The position numbers were made by a program, and so were the translations under genes. A stretch of DNA of 50,390 nt from a virus (taxonomy: Duplodnaviria > Caudoviricetes): IMG/VR virus record IMGVR_UViG_3300032318_000833, positions 1-50,390 of that record; one strand, given 5' to 3'. Within the stretch, counting starts at the first letter, position 1; every line of letters starts with the position of its first letter. Below are positions 1 to 9,489 of the stretch, one piece after another. The notes beneath the pieces are model-generated. The model worked only from the letters and a program-made list of their open reading frames with translations. It was not told where the DNA came from and searched no databases.

Positions 1-614
1 ATCGCCACCGTGTCATCGGCAGGGTGGAAGATGCCCGTGTTCGTGTCGCCCGTGTTCGTGATCGACGGGGCAGACGCGGAACCGTCAGGGAACTGAGCGA
101 CGCCAGTAAATGTAGGGTTAGCGCTTAGAGCGTACGCGCTCGCCGTGAACGTCGGGACATCAGAATCCGTGTCCACCCACAACGTTCCGTTATCGGGGTT
201 AAGTGGTTGAGTAGGAGACATCTCCACGGTCGCGCCACCGGAAGCCTCCGCCCAAATCAGGCCCTGCGCCCCTGCGGAAGAGGAAGTCAGGACATAACCC
301 TGCGCGCCTTTGCCTAGGCGGGTAACGCTTGCGGAGCCTGCGCCAACGATGAGATCACCAGCCGTCGTCACGACAGACGCGGCGACCCTGCCAGCAACCG
401 TGGAATCGAGAGCGGTGAATCGTGCCGCTACCGTGGACGCTGACGCGCCAGAAGGATCAGTACCTAGTTCCTCCTGCACCGCCTCCATAGCGGCTTCTAT
501 GTCGTCGTGACGCTCACTATGGGTACGCCCTGTGCTGTCCTCATCGCCCAGATTTGTCGGGGATGCTTCTGCGAAGTTGTCTAGCGCACCGGGGTAGTTG
601 CTTGTTCCTGCCAC
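1..614 (-). CDS. tail fibre / minor tail protein (partial, runs off left edge)
   Basis: Hand-translated from GTG 614 (RBS GAAGGAG): MAGTSNYPGALDNF...TTAGDLIVGAGSASVTRLG...FPDGSASAPSITNTGDTNTGIF. Open to the window edge; lies downstream of tail-tip genes; not in the ORF track. Confidence 0.75.
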   Translation of the reverse strand, partial: MAGTSNYPGALDNFAEASPTNLGDEDSTGRTHSERHDDIEAAMEAVQEELGTDPSGASASTVAARFTALDSTVAGRVAASVVTTAGDLIVGAGSASVTRLGKGAQGYVLTSSSAGAQGLIWAEASGGATVEMSPTQPLNPDNGTLWVDTDSDVPTFTASAYALSANPTFTGVAQFPDGSASAPSITNTGDTNTGIFHPADDTVA

Positions 615-617
615 GGT

Positions 618-773
618 CTACTCCTTCGGGACGCAAGTATGGGTGAAGTCCGCGCCGCAGATACCGCATCCGATGCGTTGAAGTACCCCATCCAGGCTGG
701 GAGCGTCAAACCAGAGCCCCTCGTTCGCGCAACCCTGCGTGTCGCAGTAGCCGTGATAGTCGAAAGTAATCAT
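618..773 (-). CDS. small Cys-rich protein in tail operon (51 aa)
   Basis: Hand-translated MITFDYHGYCDTQGCANEG...GCGICGADFTHTCVPKE. ATGA overlap with upstream gene; fills the gap between two tail genes. Confidence 0.6.
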   Translation of the reverse strand: MITFDYHGYCDTQGCANEGLWFDAPSLDGVLQRIGCGICGADFTHTCVPKE

Positions 774-1324
774 CCCGTGGCACTCCCAGACGCGTACTGA
801 GTAGCGATAAAGAAGCCTAGAGCCTCAGTCATGTTTCCACCTCCAGCGATAGACGCCGCAGGACCCGCGTTCATTAAGAAGAAAGTGACCGCCGAAGCCG
901 TAACACTAGTGACAGACCACTTAGCGTATTCGGCTCGCGTACCTGCGGCTCCATCTCGCGTTTGCGCCACAACCACGGGAGGAACGGAGAATCTGCCTGC
1001 CGGGAACGTCACCGTCGCTGCGCCTCCCGTCGCCCCTGATGTGTACGGGGCAATCGCCAGTCCGCTGAATGAGGCAGTCAGGACCGCCATCGCGTGCGGG
1101 ATCTCAGTCCCGGCAACGCTAGTCCAGGATGCCCCGTTGTAAACCTCGACCGCGTTAGTGGAATCCAGGTAACTCATCATGCCCTCGGACGGGGAAGGCA
1201 GAGCAGTCGCGCGCGTCGCGGAAGATGAGAACCTCATAACCGCCTGATCCATCAGATACGAGTTAACGTCAGACGCGGTAAGTATGTCACCCGCGACAAA
1301 CGTCTTTCTACCCGCGCCAGCCAT
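770..1324 (-). CDS. minor tail protein
   Basis: N-terminus MAGAGRKTFVAGDILTASDVNSYLMDQ typical of actinophage tail proteins; C-terminal VTFPAGRFSVPPVVVA (H-type-lectin-like); operon position. Confidence 0.7.
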   Translation of the reverse strand: MAGAGRKTFVAGDILTASDVNSYLMDQAVMRFSSSATRATALPSPSEGMMSYLDSTNAVEVYNGASWTSVAGTEIPHAMAVLTASFSGLAIAPYTSGATGGAATVTFPAGRFSVPPVVVAQTRDGAAGTRAEYAKWSVTSVTASAVTFFLMNAGPAASIAGGGNMTEALGFFIATQYASGSATG

Positions 1325-1330
1325 GAGTCC

Positions 1331-2629
1331 TCACAATCCCAGAACGTTCGTGTTCAGAATACCGTAGTCGGTCGAATCCAGTTCGAATGGGAAGTAGGTG
1401 ATCCGCTCGAACTGGAATGTCATTTGGTGCCGTGATGGGGATACTTCGTGCGAGATACCCTCAATCGTTAGGTACTGGTCGATAGGGGCACCGATACCGT
1501 TCGGCGTGAACCTGACGCGGACCACATCCCCAAAGTCCAAGCCAAGCAGACCAGTCTTGTTCGGGCTGTTACCCACATCCACCCCGACGCTGCGAATACG
1601 AACTTGCGGCGTGCCGTAACGGTTCACTAGGTATTCCGCCATTGGAGCCAACTGATCGTCCGCAGCAAACAGAAGACCCGTCCGTGACAAGGTGGAAACA
1701 CCGAACGCCGCTTGGCTTACCGTGTCATCTGCTGCTGCGGTCGTCGCGCTGCCCTCTCGCCCGATGACTACGCGGTTATGGAGAGTCTCTGTTCCGTACT
1801 CCACACCGATATCGTTGAACGGGATGTAGGTCCCAGAGATGGCATCGAACGCATACGCAACAGTTAGCGAGTCATACTCCACCGTGAGGCTGTCATATGG
1901 CGTATCTATGCCTTCATTCCCGTTAGTGAAGACGAAACCTGTGTATGCCCCGGATGGTGTGTTACTGCTGTTGAAGGTGAGGACGCCATCTGATGCGACG
2001 AACAACGCGCCAGCATCCGTCTCCTCCACTATCTGCAGATAGTTCAAGGCTCCGGTGCCTTCATCCACCGTATCCAGTTGCAACTGCTGCGTCCCGGTCG
2101 CGATATCGCGTGCGCCAGCAGGCCACGCAATTTCAGGCCGATCCAGTACCTCGGTGATACGCGGACCCGGTAATGTCGCTGAGGCTGTGAAACCAGCGAG
2201 TTCAGAAGATGCCAGCAGCGTGAAACCATCCACGCACAACGCGGTCGCGATACTGTCTCGGTTCAGGGAGTAATCCAGGTTCCAGTCTTCGACCAGCCCG
2301 ACGAACAGGAAGTTCACACCATCCGTGATCTGGATGGGGCGACGCGGCTGGATCTGTCCAGCGTATGGTGATCCTGCATACTCTGGATCGAACACTCTCT
2401 GCGTATTGTCCAGAGCGACCGTCGCGGTCCCCGTCTGGAACTTATCCAGCCTGCGCGACCTTCCCCTGCGAACAACGACTGAGCGAACGTATTGTGTTAC
2501 GTCCTGGAAGAGGGTGCCGCCCAGCACATAAGTGGAATCCAACTCGCCCTGCACCGGATCATCCAGGGTGAAAAGCGTCGGATCACCAATCGCGGAAAGA
2601 TCGAAGCCGATGCGGACGGTGAGTGACAT
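1331..2629 (-). CDS. minor tail / tail-tip hub protein
   Basis: 432 aa directly after tape measure; DVTQYVRSVVVRRGRSRRLDKFQTGTATVALDN pattern typical of actinophage minor tail proteins. Confidence 0.75.
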   Translation of the reverse strand: MSLTVRIGFDLSAIGDPTLFTLDDPVQGELDSTYVLGGTLFQDVTQYVRSVVVRRGRSRRLDKFQTGTATVALDNTQRVFDPEYAGSPYAGQIQPRRPIQITDGVNFLFVGLVEDWNLDYSLNRDSIATALCVDGFTLLASSELAGFTASATLPGPRITEVLDRPEIAWPAGARDIATGTQQLQLDTVDEGTGALNYLQIVEETDAGALFVASDGVLTFNSSNTPSGAYTGFVFTNGNEGIDTPYDSLTVEYDSLTVAYAFDAISGTYIPFNDIGVEYGTETLHNRVVIGREGSATTAAADDTVSQAAFGVSTLSRTGLLFAADDQLAPMAEYLVNRYGTPQVRIRSVGVDVGNSPNKTGLLGLDFGDVVRVRFTPNGIGAPIDQYLTIEGISHEVSPSRHQMTFQFERITYFPFELDSTDYGILNTNVLGL

Positions 2630-5600
2630 TATGCGCTCGCAAACACGCGACCGTTAGAACGCTCGTATGCCTTGATCGCTTCCACAGTTACGCGCCCGAT
2701 CTCGCGTGGATCACCGATACCAGCGTTAACCGTAATCTGATAGGTGTTATTCGTTGTGGCTGCTGCTGCGCCCGGTGCCGCGACAGGAACAGATACAGTC
2801 CCGACGTTCACGCCACTCGCGCTCGGGGAGAACGCTGCGCGGCTGCGCCCAGAACGTGCGCCAGCATCACGGACGGGAACCGTGGAATCGTAGACAGCCT
2901 GAACCGTGAGAGTCGCGGTGCGCGAAAGTGAACTAGCCAACTGATCCATGAGCCTGTTGAGTTTGTCGTAAACCTTCGGGTATTCCTTACGGAACCCTTC
3001 CAGCAGCCCAGCGCCAGCCTTTACGCCAGCCTCCGCGCTCTTCGCTGCTGTCCTGTTCAGCATCGTGAGGATCTTCTGTTCAATCTGTGCGGCGACAGCA
3101 TCCATCTCAGCCTGCATTGCAGTAGCCTGCGCCTGCAACGCCGACTTCTCCGCGTTGTATGCGGCGTCAATGGCAGCGAGCGCGGACTTTCGTTCACTAC
3201 GCAGGGTCTCCAACTGCTTACGCGCCGCTGCGAGTTCCTGATCACGGAGCGCGTTAGCGTCATCCAGCGCCTTCTGTGCCGCATCCCGCGCGATCTCCAG
3301 CGGCGTAACGATGGCCTGCTGCTGCGCGATACCGATGTCATGCCATTGTGCGGATGCGTACTTTCCGAAGTCCTCAGTCTCAGCGAGCAACTGCGCCTGT
3401 ACCGCGTTAATCGCGGAGAGATCCTCCTGCGATCCAGCGGCGAGCGCGGCAGCAGCCTCACCAGCGCCAGCCACACCAGCAGATACGAAGTCCTGCACCA
3501 GCGCAGGATCCAGGCCACGCTGCATCAGCGTACGAATATTGCGAGAGAAGTCACGCACCGCTGCGAGGCGCTCTTCCAGCGTCTGCCGGATAGCAGCAGG
3601 ACCGCCACCGACTTCCAGTTCACGCTCCAGCGTCACCGTGATTCCGTTAGCGAGGCGCTGCGTTTCCTTCACGATCTGCTTAGATGCGGATCGCGACTCA
3701 AAGGAAAGGCTGTTCACGAACGAACGGAAGCCTGATTTTATCTGCCCGACGAACTCGTCACGTTGGCTGATCAGGTTCTGCAGGACCGCGTTCTCCTTAT
3801 CGAACGCTTCATTCGCACCCTTCAGCGCGGCTTCTAGGCCAGGTATCGCGGAAGCCCAGCGATCCTCAATCGCCTTGATGTTCTCTTCCGCTTTCTTCTC
3901 AGCCGCATCATAGAAAGCGTTAGTATCAGCAATCGACTTCTGATAATCCTTCTCTAGAGTCTCCAACTCCTGCATCACCGTGTCGTACTGCTCACGCAAC
4001 TGCACCGCCTGCGAGGTCAATGCGCGGAGTTGCCCGATTGTCTTCTGCATCTCCGCACGGTTACGCGCAGCAGCCTTGGCCCCGACAATAGATGCATCGG
4101 TCAATACCGAATAAGCCTGCTCAACTTGATCGCGGATTGACAAGAACCCGTCGATAACACTATCTATGTCGGCTTCACTACCGAACATCTCAGAGATTTG
4201 TGATTTGCGACCGAACGGGCGAGCCACCAGTTCACCCAAGGAAGTGAACGCCTCTCCCGCATATTGAACCTTCTCGTTAATGCGGTCGATTGCTTCGCCG
4301 AGTTCTATCAACGCGGCAAGCGCTTGTTTATTGTCCTTGACAAACTTCTCCGCACCCTTAACGCCGAGTTGCGCTTCCAACGGCGTCTTAGTCGGAATGG
4401 AGCCGAAGATATCGTTGATCGCAGCAGCGACAGAACCACCACTCTCTCGAAACGAAGTGGCAAACGCTTCTGCCATACCCTTTGCCAGTTTCCCGCTCTC
4501 GCCCTTTGCCTTTGGGATAATGCTCGCGATAGCGCGGAACAACGTGGGGGACATACGTAGCCACCCCATAGCAACACCTAACACCATATTGTCGCCAGTT
4601 TGCGCGAATAGGCGAGACGGGGATTTCGATTCAACTGCGGCATCAGCGGCAGCCTTAGCCGCTGCCATTACACGCTCTACTGCAGCGATAACAATTGGGC
4701 TTGATTGATTAATGCCATATGCAGCGCCAGAGCCAATAGACTTACCAGTCAATTCACCGTTGTTGAACGCAGTCGGGCGCAAAGCAGTAGTCGCGGACTT
4801 AATAATTCCACCAAGTTCTGGCTCAAGAGTCAGTCCCAACTTCTCCTTAGCAGACTTGCTAGCCCCCTCTGCTAGTTGCTCCATAGCATCAGCAGTCATA
4901 GGCGCACCCGCCTTAACCGACTTATCAAATGCCTTCTCAACATCGCTCTTGAAGTCAGTATCGCCAATGGCTTGAGCCGCAGCACGCATAATGTCAGACA
5001 CACTCGCGGGCAAACCATCCATTGCACCCAGGAAAGCCTCAATATCCTTCGGCTTAACTCCGCTAGCCTTAAGCGAGTTGACAATCTTGACCAACTCGCC
5101 TGTGAAAATTGCACGCTGGGTGGGCAAATCATCGCTCAATGATTGAGCAGCCTTAGCCGATGCCTCAAAAGCATTTACAACTTCACCACGGAATGACCTA
5201 GCCTTTGGCGTTTGGCCCATAAGGTTAGTCCCGAACTCAACGGATGCCGTTCCAATTTTCTCCAACGCTGCGGCTGCGGAATCAACTGCCGATATTTGCC
5301 CTGTTACAGAAAGCCAAGTTTCATACTCGGCCTTCATTGCATTAATCTCGTCAGCGGCTTCGTCGGCAGCCTCACCTACCCCGCCGATAGACATAGCAAG
5401 GCCTTGCGTCGGGCCTGCGGCTTCCCCTGCGGCAATCGCCGCTGCAACAGTCGCTGAAGTGGCGGCTGCTGTAGCCGCTGCCGCTGCTTGCTCAGCCTTA
5501 TTTTTATCTTCTAGTTCAATGCGTGCTGCTTCAATAGCCTGCCGCTCCTCAAGCAACGCCTCTGACAATTGCCTAGATTCTGCACTTGAGATTTGGCCTT

Positions 5601-7254
5601 GTCGCGCAGCCTCAGCAATTTGCTCAACCATCGCATCGTACTCAGCAGTAGTCCCATGTACTGCGCGAGATACTTCATCCAATGACAACCCGGCTTGAGT
5701 CGCCAATTCCTCAAAAGACTTAGTGCCAATCCCGAGGAAGCCGCCTAGTTCCTTTTGCAACAAATTAAAAATTGCAACTTCTTGGCTAGCCTTAGTTGCG
5801 GCACCAGTAACTTGATCAAGCGCGTCCTTGTATTGCATCGCTCTTGCTTCGGCATCTGCGCTACGACTAGAGAAAACTTCAAATGCGACAGATAGGCCAA
5901 TCATTGCCCACCCAATTGGCCCCAAAGACGCCATGAATCCCTTAATTGCAACGCCCATTGTGCGAAAAGCGCTCGCAACACCAACCGCCGCAGCCCTTGC
6001 TCCCGCAACTAATGCACCAAATTGTGTACGCGTTTTAATCATTTCTGCTTTAACCGTATTGCTAAAGCCAATGACCGACATTCGCATTTGAGAAAAAGAA
6101 GTGGCCAATGAAGTGCGTGCTTGCGCGGCCCCCGCAATTAATGCTTGACCCATTCTTGTACGAAGAATCAACAGTGCTGCGGCAGCAGCCATAATCGGGC
6201 CTGGAATCCCAGAAATTACTTTTGCTAGAAGATCAATTGCTGGAACCACTCCTTGAAGCAACTTGCCTAACAACGCTAATGCAGGAGCAAATACGGAACG
6301 CAACTCTCCGGCAATTGTCAAGATGCTTTTACCAATTGAGAGCAATTGCGGCAATAGTTCTTGGAAACCCTCTGCTAGTTGTGGCCCAAGGCTATCTTTT
6401 GCAGTATTAGCAAAGTCTTGCAACGACGGAATAATGTGAGTTTGAATAGCGCCAGCCACCGACTCGAACAATGGCAGCAACGCGAATCCTAGAGTCTCTT
6501 TAACCTCGCCCATTGATGCGCTAAGGCGAGTCATTGATGTTGCTGTCGCAGCAGCCGTGCCACCTACTTGCTTTTCGACCGCCCCCATAATGATTTCTTG
6601 AGCTTCGAAAAGACGGTTCGACTCAACAAGCGCCTTAATCTTTTCTTTCTCTTGCGCCGTGAAGGAAACGCCTTGGCGGCTCAACATGGTCAATCCGCGC
6701 AATGGGTCCTGCAAAGCGCGAGCAAGACTCCTAGCGTTACCCTCAACACTTCCGAACCCAGCGGCAGCAAGGTCTAGCGCGGCTGTAGTAGTTCTATCGA
6801 ACATCCCTCCGGCTTCACCAGCGGATGAGGCAACATCCTTAAAGGTAAGAATGATTGCTTGACCAGCCTTGATTACCTCATCGTCTACGCCAGTTTGCTT
6901 CATCAATGTATCGGCGTACTCTGTAAGCCTTTGAGTGGAGCCGCCCAATTCGGTTTGTAGCAAACCCATCGAACGAGAAATTGCTTCGATACGGCGATCA
7001 GCCAATTGGCTTTCTTGTGCTGCAGCAACAGCCTCTGTTGCAAAATCCTTAAGGGCTGTGCCAGCATTAGCAATACCAAGAACAGCCGCCGTTCCAAATG
7101 CTGCGCCCACAACACCCTTGAGCATTGTGAAAGAGCCAGCGACTTGCTTTACGCCCTTTTGAACATCCTGCATGGAGGATGCTGCTTTACGAACACCTGT
7201 TTGTAGGCTTGTTGTATCGGCAACAAACTTTGCGGTAACGACAGTTTCGCTCAT
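2629..7254 (-). CDS. tape measure protein
   Basis: 1541 aa, Ala-rich, helical/coiled-coil; follows tail assembly chaperone. Confidence 0.93.
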   Translation of the reverse strand: MSETVVTAKFVADTTSLQTGVRKAASSMQDVQKGVKQVAGSFTMLKGVVGAAFGTAAVLGIANAGTALKDFATEAVAAAQESQLADRRIEAISRSMGLLQTELGGSTQRLTEYADTLMKQTGVDDEVIKAGQAIILTFKDVASSAGEAGGMFDRTTTAALDLAAAGFGSVEGNARSLARALQDPLRGLTMLSRQGVSFTAQEKEKIKALVESNRLFEAQEIIMGAVEKQVGGTAAATATSMTRLSASMGEVKETLGFALLPLFESVAGAIQTHIIPSLQDFANTAKDSLGPQLAEGFQELLPQLLSIGKSILTIAGELRSVFAPALALLGKLLQGVVPAIDLLAKVISGIPGPIMAAAAALLILRTRMGQALIAGAAQARTSLATSFSQMRMSVIGFSNTVKAEMIKTRTQFGALVAGARAAAVGVASAFRTMGVAIKGFMASLGPIGWAMIGLSVAFEVFSSRSADAEARAMQYKDALDQVTGAATKASQEVAIFNLLQKELGGFLGIGTKSFEELATQAGLSLDEVSRAVHGTTAEYDAMVEQIAEAARQGQISSAESRQLSEALLEERQAIEAARIELEDKNKAEQAAAAATAAATSATVAAAIAAGEAAGPTQGLAMSIGGVGEAADEAADEINAMKAEYETWLSVTGQISAVDSAAAALEKIGTASVEFGTNLMGQTPKARSFRGEVVNAFEASAKAAQSLSDDLPTQRAIFTGELVKIVNSLKASGVKPKDIEAFLGAMDGLPASVSDIMRAAAQAIGDTDFKSDVEKAFDKSVKAGAPMTADAMEQLAEGASKSAKEKLGLTLEPELGGIIKSATTALRPTAFNNGELTGKSIGSGAAYGINQSSPIVIAAVERVMAAAKAAADAAVESKSPSRLFAQTGDNMVLGVAMGWLRMSPTLFRAIASIIPKAKGESGKLAKGMAEAFATSFRESGGSVAAAINDIFGSIPTKTPLEAQLGVKGAEKFVKDNKQALAALIELGEAIDRINEKVQYAGEAFTSLGELVARPFGRKSQISEMFGSEADIDSVIDGFLSIRDQVEQAYSVLTDASIVGAKAAARNRAEMQKTIGQLRALTSQAVQLREQYDTVMQELETLEKDYQKSIADTNAFYDAAEKKAEENIKAIEDRWASAIPGLEAALKGANEAFDKENAVLQNLISQRDEFVGQIKSGFRSFVNSLSFESRSASKQIVKETQRLANGITVTLERELEVGGGPAAIRQTLEERLAAVRDFSRNIRTLMQRGLDPALVQDFVSAGVAGAGEAAAALAAGSQEDLSAINAVQAQLLAETEDFGKYASAQWHDIGIAQQQAIVTPLEIARDAAQKALDDANALRDQELAAARKQLETLRSERKSALAAIDAAYNAEKSALQAQATAMQAEMDAVAAQIEQKILTMLNRTAAKSAEAGVKAGAGLLEGFRKEYPKVYDKLNRLMDQLASSLSRTATLTVQAVYDSTVPVRDAGARSGRSRAAFSPSASGVNVGTVSVPVAAPGAAAATTNNTYQITVNAGIGDPREIGRVTVEAIKAYERSNGRVFASA

Positions 7255-7256
7255 CG

Positions 7257-7801
7257 TTACCTACCTCTCTTGGCCTTCTTTGCCGCTTGCTCTTGCTCCC
7301 AAACGCGCAAATGCTCTAGTGCTATCCACTCAGTCAATTCTTGTGACGAGAGAGGACGGTGGCTTGGACCGCCATAAAGCAGTTCATCCACCGTCCTCCC
7401 AAGTCGTTGCGCTATTTCGAAGGCGAATCGTCGCTCGGGGTGTTGGAGGAATCTTTTCCCGCCGCGTCCTGCTCGTCCTTGCCGATGCCAGAAAGCCGAA
7501 GTCCGACATTAGCCAGTCGCTCAACTGCAGCGCTGGACTTTGCCAGGATTGCGTCCTTGTCTGCCGGGGTGAAAATCGGCTCGGTGCTTGTAGGGTCAAA
7601 CGCGCATGCCACGACAACATCTGGGTAAACGATGCTCATGTTCACTTGCTGAGTTGCCTGGTCAAACGCGTTTTGCATGAGAGTGATTCGATCACCCGCG
7701 CTCATCCCGCGAACAAGAATGTCAACTCCCCATTCGGGGATAGAGACAACCTCTGAGGGAATGTCCTGAGCAGCGAGGATCTTGTCACGCAAACCAGCCA
7801 T
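7257..7801 (-). CDS. tail assembly chaperone, long form (gpGT-like, -1 programmed frameshift)
   Basis: Slippery G GGA AAA at 7460-7454. The -1 frame reads RFLQHPERRFAFEIAQRLGRTVDELLYGG...SSQELTEWIALE...KRGR, stopping at 7257 just before the tape measure start. Confidence 0.85.
7412..7801 (-). CDS. tail assembly chaperone, short form (gpG-like)
   Basis: MAGLRDKILAAQDIPSEVVSIPEWGVDILVRGMS; lies between tail tube and tape measure; RBS GAAAGGA. Confidence 0.85.
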   Translation of the reverse strand: MAGLRDKILAAQDIPSEVVSIPEWGVDILVRGMSAGDRITLMQNAFDQATQQVNMSIVYPDVVVACAFDPTSTEPIFTPADKDAILAKSSAAVERLANVGLRLSGIGKDEQDAAGKDSSNTPSDDSPSK

Positions 7802-7856
7802 TACTGTTTCCTTTCGATTGGCCCACTAAGGGAACGTGGAATTAACTGACCGTGCG

Positions 7857-8285
7857 TCAGAACGTAGAGCCAGTAATAGCGCCCGTGACCTGGAGTTCCA
7901 GCGAGTACGTCACGACATCACCAACGGGACTGGAAACCTCGTAGGAAGTGATGAGCGCCTCGCCCGTGAACTTCGGCTGCGCGGATGCGGAGCCAGCGGG
8001 ACCATACTCAAAACTAATGGATGACACCGAACCGGACTTGAGGTTGGCGATGTTGCCTGCGATCTGCGTATCAACGGTGGAATCGAACATGCCGGAGAGC
8101 GAAATCGTGGCGTCACCAAGGCCCGTGATGTACGTCTTGTCGTTCTGTCCGAAAGCGGTGGTCTCCGCAGTCTCGATCTCACGAGGCATACTAATCTCGT
8201 TGAGCGTGTCGCTAATGTTCACCAAGGAACCGGTGGTTCCATCAAGGCGAAATTGGGCGTTCTTACCATGCTTGAAAGTGGGCAT
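7857..8285 (-). CDS. major tail (tube) protein
   Basis: 142 aa; ETAETTAFG..DKTYITGLGDATISLSG and YEVSSPVGDVVTYSLELQVTG fit a tube-protein pattern; upstream of chaperone. Confidence 0.8.
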   Translation of the reverse strand: MPTFKHGKNAQFRLDGTTGSLVNISDTLNEISMPREIETAETTAFGQNDKTYITGLGDATISLSGMFDSTVDTQIAGNIANLKSGSVSSISFEYGPAGSASAQPKFTGEALITSYEVSSPVGDVVTYSLELQVTGAITGSTF

Positions 8286-8287
8286 TA

Positions 8288-9007
8288 CTATCTCCTTGCT
8301 GCCGAAACGTGATAGGTGATGGAGCCGGAGGTTCCGGCGAGGGTATGCGTTGCACGGAGATATTGATTTACCGTGCCTGTGCTGGTAATGCTCTCTCCCG
8401 TCGTGGTTGACGCGGAGACAACTGTGAATGTAACTAGATCAGCCCATGTTGCGTTATCCGCTGAGTGCTGAACCTTAATGGTGGAGTTCCCATCTCTAGT
8501 GTTAGCGGTCAAGTGGAGGTTGAACAAGCCACCGCCGCTACTACTACCCGCATCATTGATCCCGGTGAGGGATGCTGACGTTCCAGTATTTGTCAGGGCA
8601 TTGAGAGCGCGACCTGAGAAAAGACCACCATCGGCTTGAACCTCCGCGCTAATGGCAACAACGTCGCCCACGGGGGATGAAACCTCATATGAGGTCAATT
8701 GCCCGTTAGCAATGATCGAGCGTGCGCCAGCGGTAGCGCCCTCAGGAAGCACTGTGAAAGTGTTATCTTCCTGTCCGATGGTTCCAGTAAGCACATCGTT
8801 AGATGCGTTAGCGGTTCCATCGAACAAGCCGCTAGTGGAGATCGTCCCATCGGCAAGACCAGTAATGTATGTCTTGTCGGTATCCGAAAACGTGGTTGTC
8901 TCAGCGGTTTCGATCTCTTGGCTTTGAGTAGCCTCATTGAGGAACGGACTCATATTCGTACCGTTAAGCAATACGACGGTGCGCTTGCCATGACGGAATG
9001 TAGGCAT
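8288..9007 (-). CDS. tail tube paralogue with C-terminal beta-rich extension
   Basis: First ~130 aa align by eye with 7857-8285 (MPTF[RK]HGK, EIETAETT, DKTYITGL, YEVSSPVGDVV); about 110 extra residues follow. Confidence 0.75.
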   Translation of the reverse strand: MPTFRHGKRTVVLLNGTNMSPFLNEATQSQEIETAETTTFSDTDKTYITGLADGTISTSGLFDGTANASNDVLTGTIGQEDNTFTVLPEGATAGARSIIANGQLTSYEVSSPVGDVVAISAEVQADGGLFSGRALNALTNTGTSASLTGINDAGSSSGGGLFNLHLTANTRDGNSTIKVQHSADNATWADLVTFTVVSASTTTGESITSTGTVNQYLRATHTLAGTSGSITYHVSAARR

Positions 9008-9210
9008 TACTTATCTCCCTTGTTAGGAGACTGTGGCTCACGGGATTTGGTGGGCTTCGGCGCATCTTGGTTGGGCAGCTCTGTAGTTGGCTCAATGATG
9101 CCTTGCTCTACCAACCAAGTAACACTTGATGCGGGAATGTCGTCCACAATGGCACCGGGTTCGGCACGCTTTCCTGCGTAATCAATGCCGACCACTACGC
9201 GGTGCTTCAT
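9007..9210 (-). CDS. small hypothetical protein, first gene of tail operon
   Basis: ATG 9210 with RBS AAGGAG; MKHRVVVGIDYAGKRAEPGAIVDDIP...WLVEQGIIEP. Confidence 0.65.
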   Translation of the reverse strand: MKHRVVVGIDYAGKRAEPGAIVDDIPASSVTWLVEQGIIEPTTELPNQDAPKPTKSREPQSPNKGDK

Positions 9211-9302
9211 CCCGCTCCTTAGGCATGGCAACCCCAGCCTCCGGGGGAACAAGTCCACGACGGGAGCGGGGCCACGGTGGACACGTTGCTACTTCTAGTT
9301 TA
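9211..9302 (-). promoter_or_regulatory. putative late promoter (-10 TAAACT) and structured 5' UTR of tail operon
   Basis: TAAACT on minus strand at 9302-9297; nested stems GCAAC/GTTGC (9289-9285 with 9232-9228), GTCCAC/GTGGAC and CCCC/GGGG. Confidence 0.45.
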
Positions 9303-9454
9303 CATGCAATAGCGAGTCTTTGAATGTCCTTTAACTGCGCCATTTTTTGCCCATTTGGGGATGATTTGGGCCCGAATCATTACCCCTTTTGGGGCCTTTC
9401 CCGGGGACCCCTAGGGGCCAAAAAACCTTTACAGCATAAGGGTTTTTTAGGTAC

Positions 9455-9483
9455 TTGACCCTACAGCCTGAGCCTGCTAGACT
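9455..9483 (+). promoter_or_regulatory. sigma70/SigA-type early promoter
   Basis: TTGACC (9455-9460), 17-nt spacer, TAGACT (9478-9483), at the start of the plus-strand block. Confidence 0.8.
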
Positions 9484-9489
9484 CTACCC

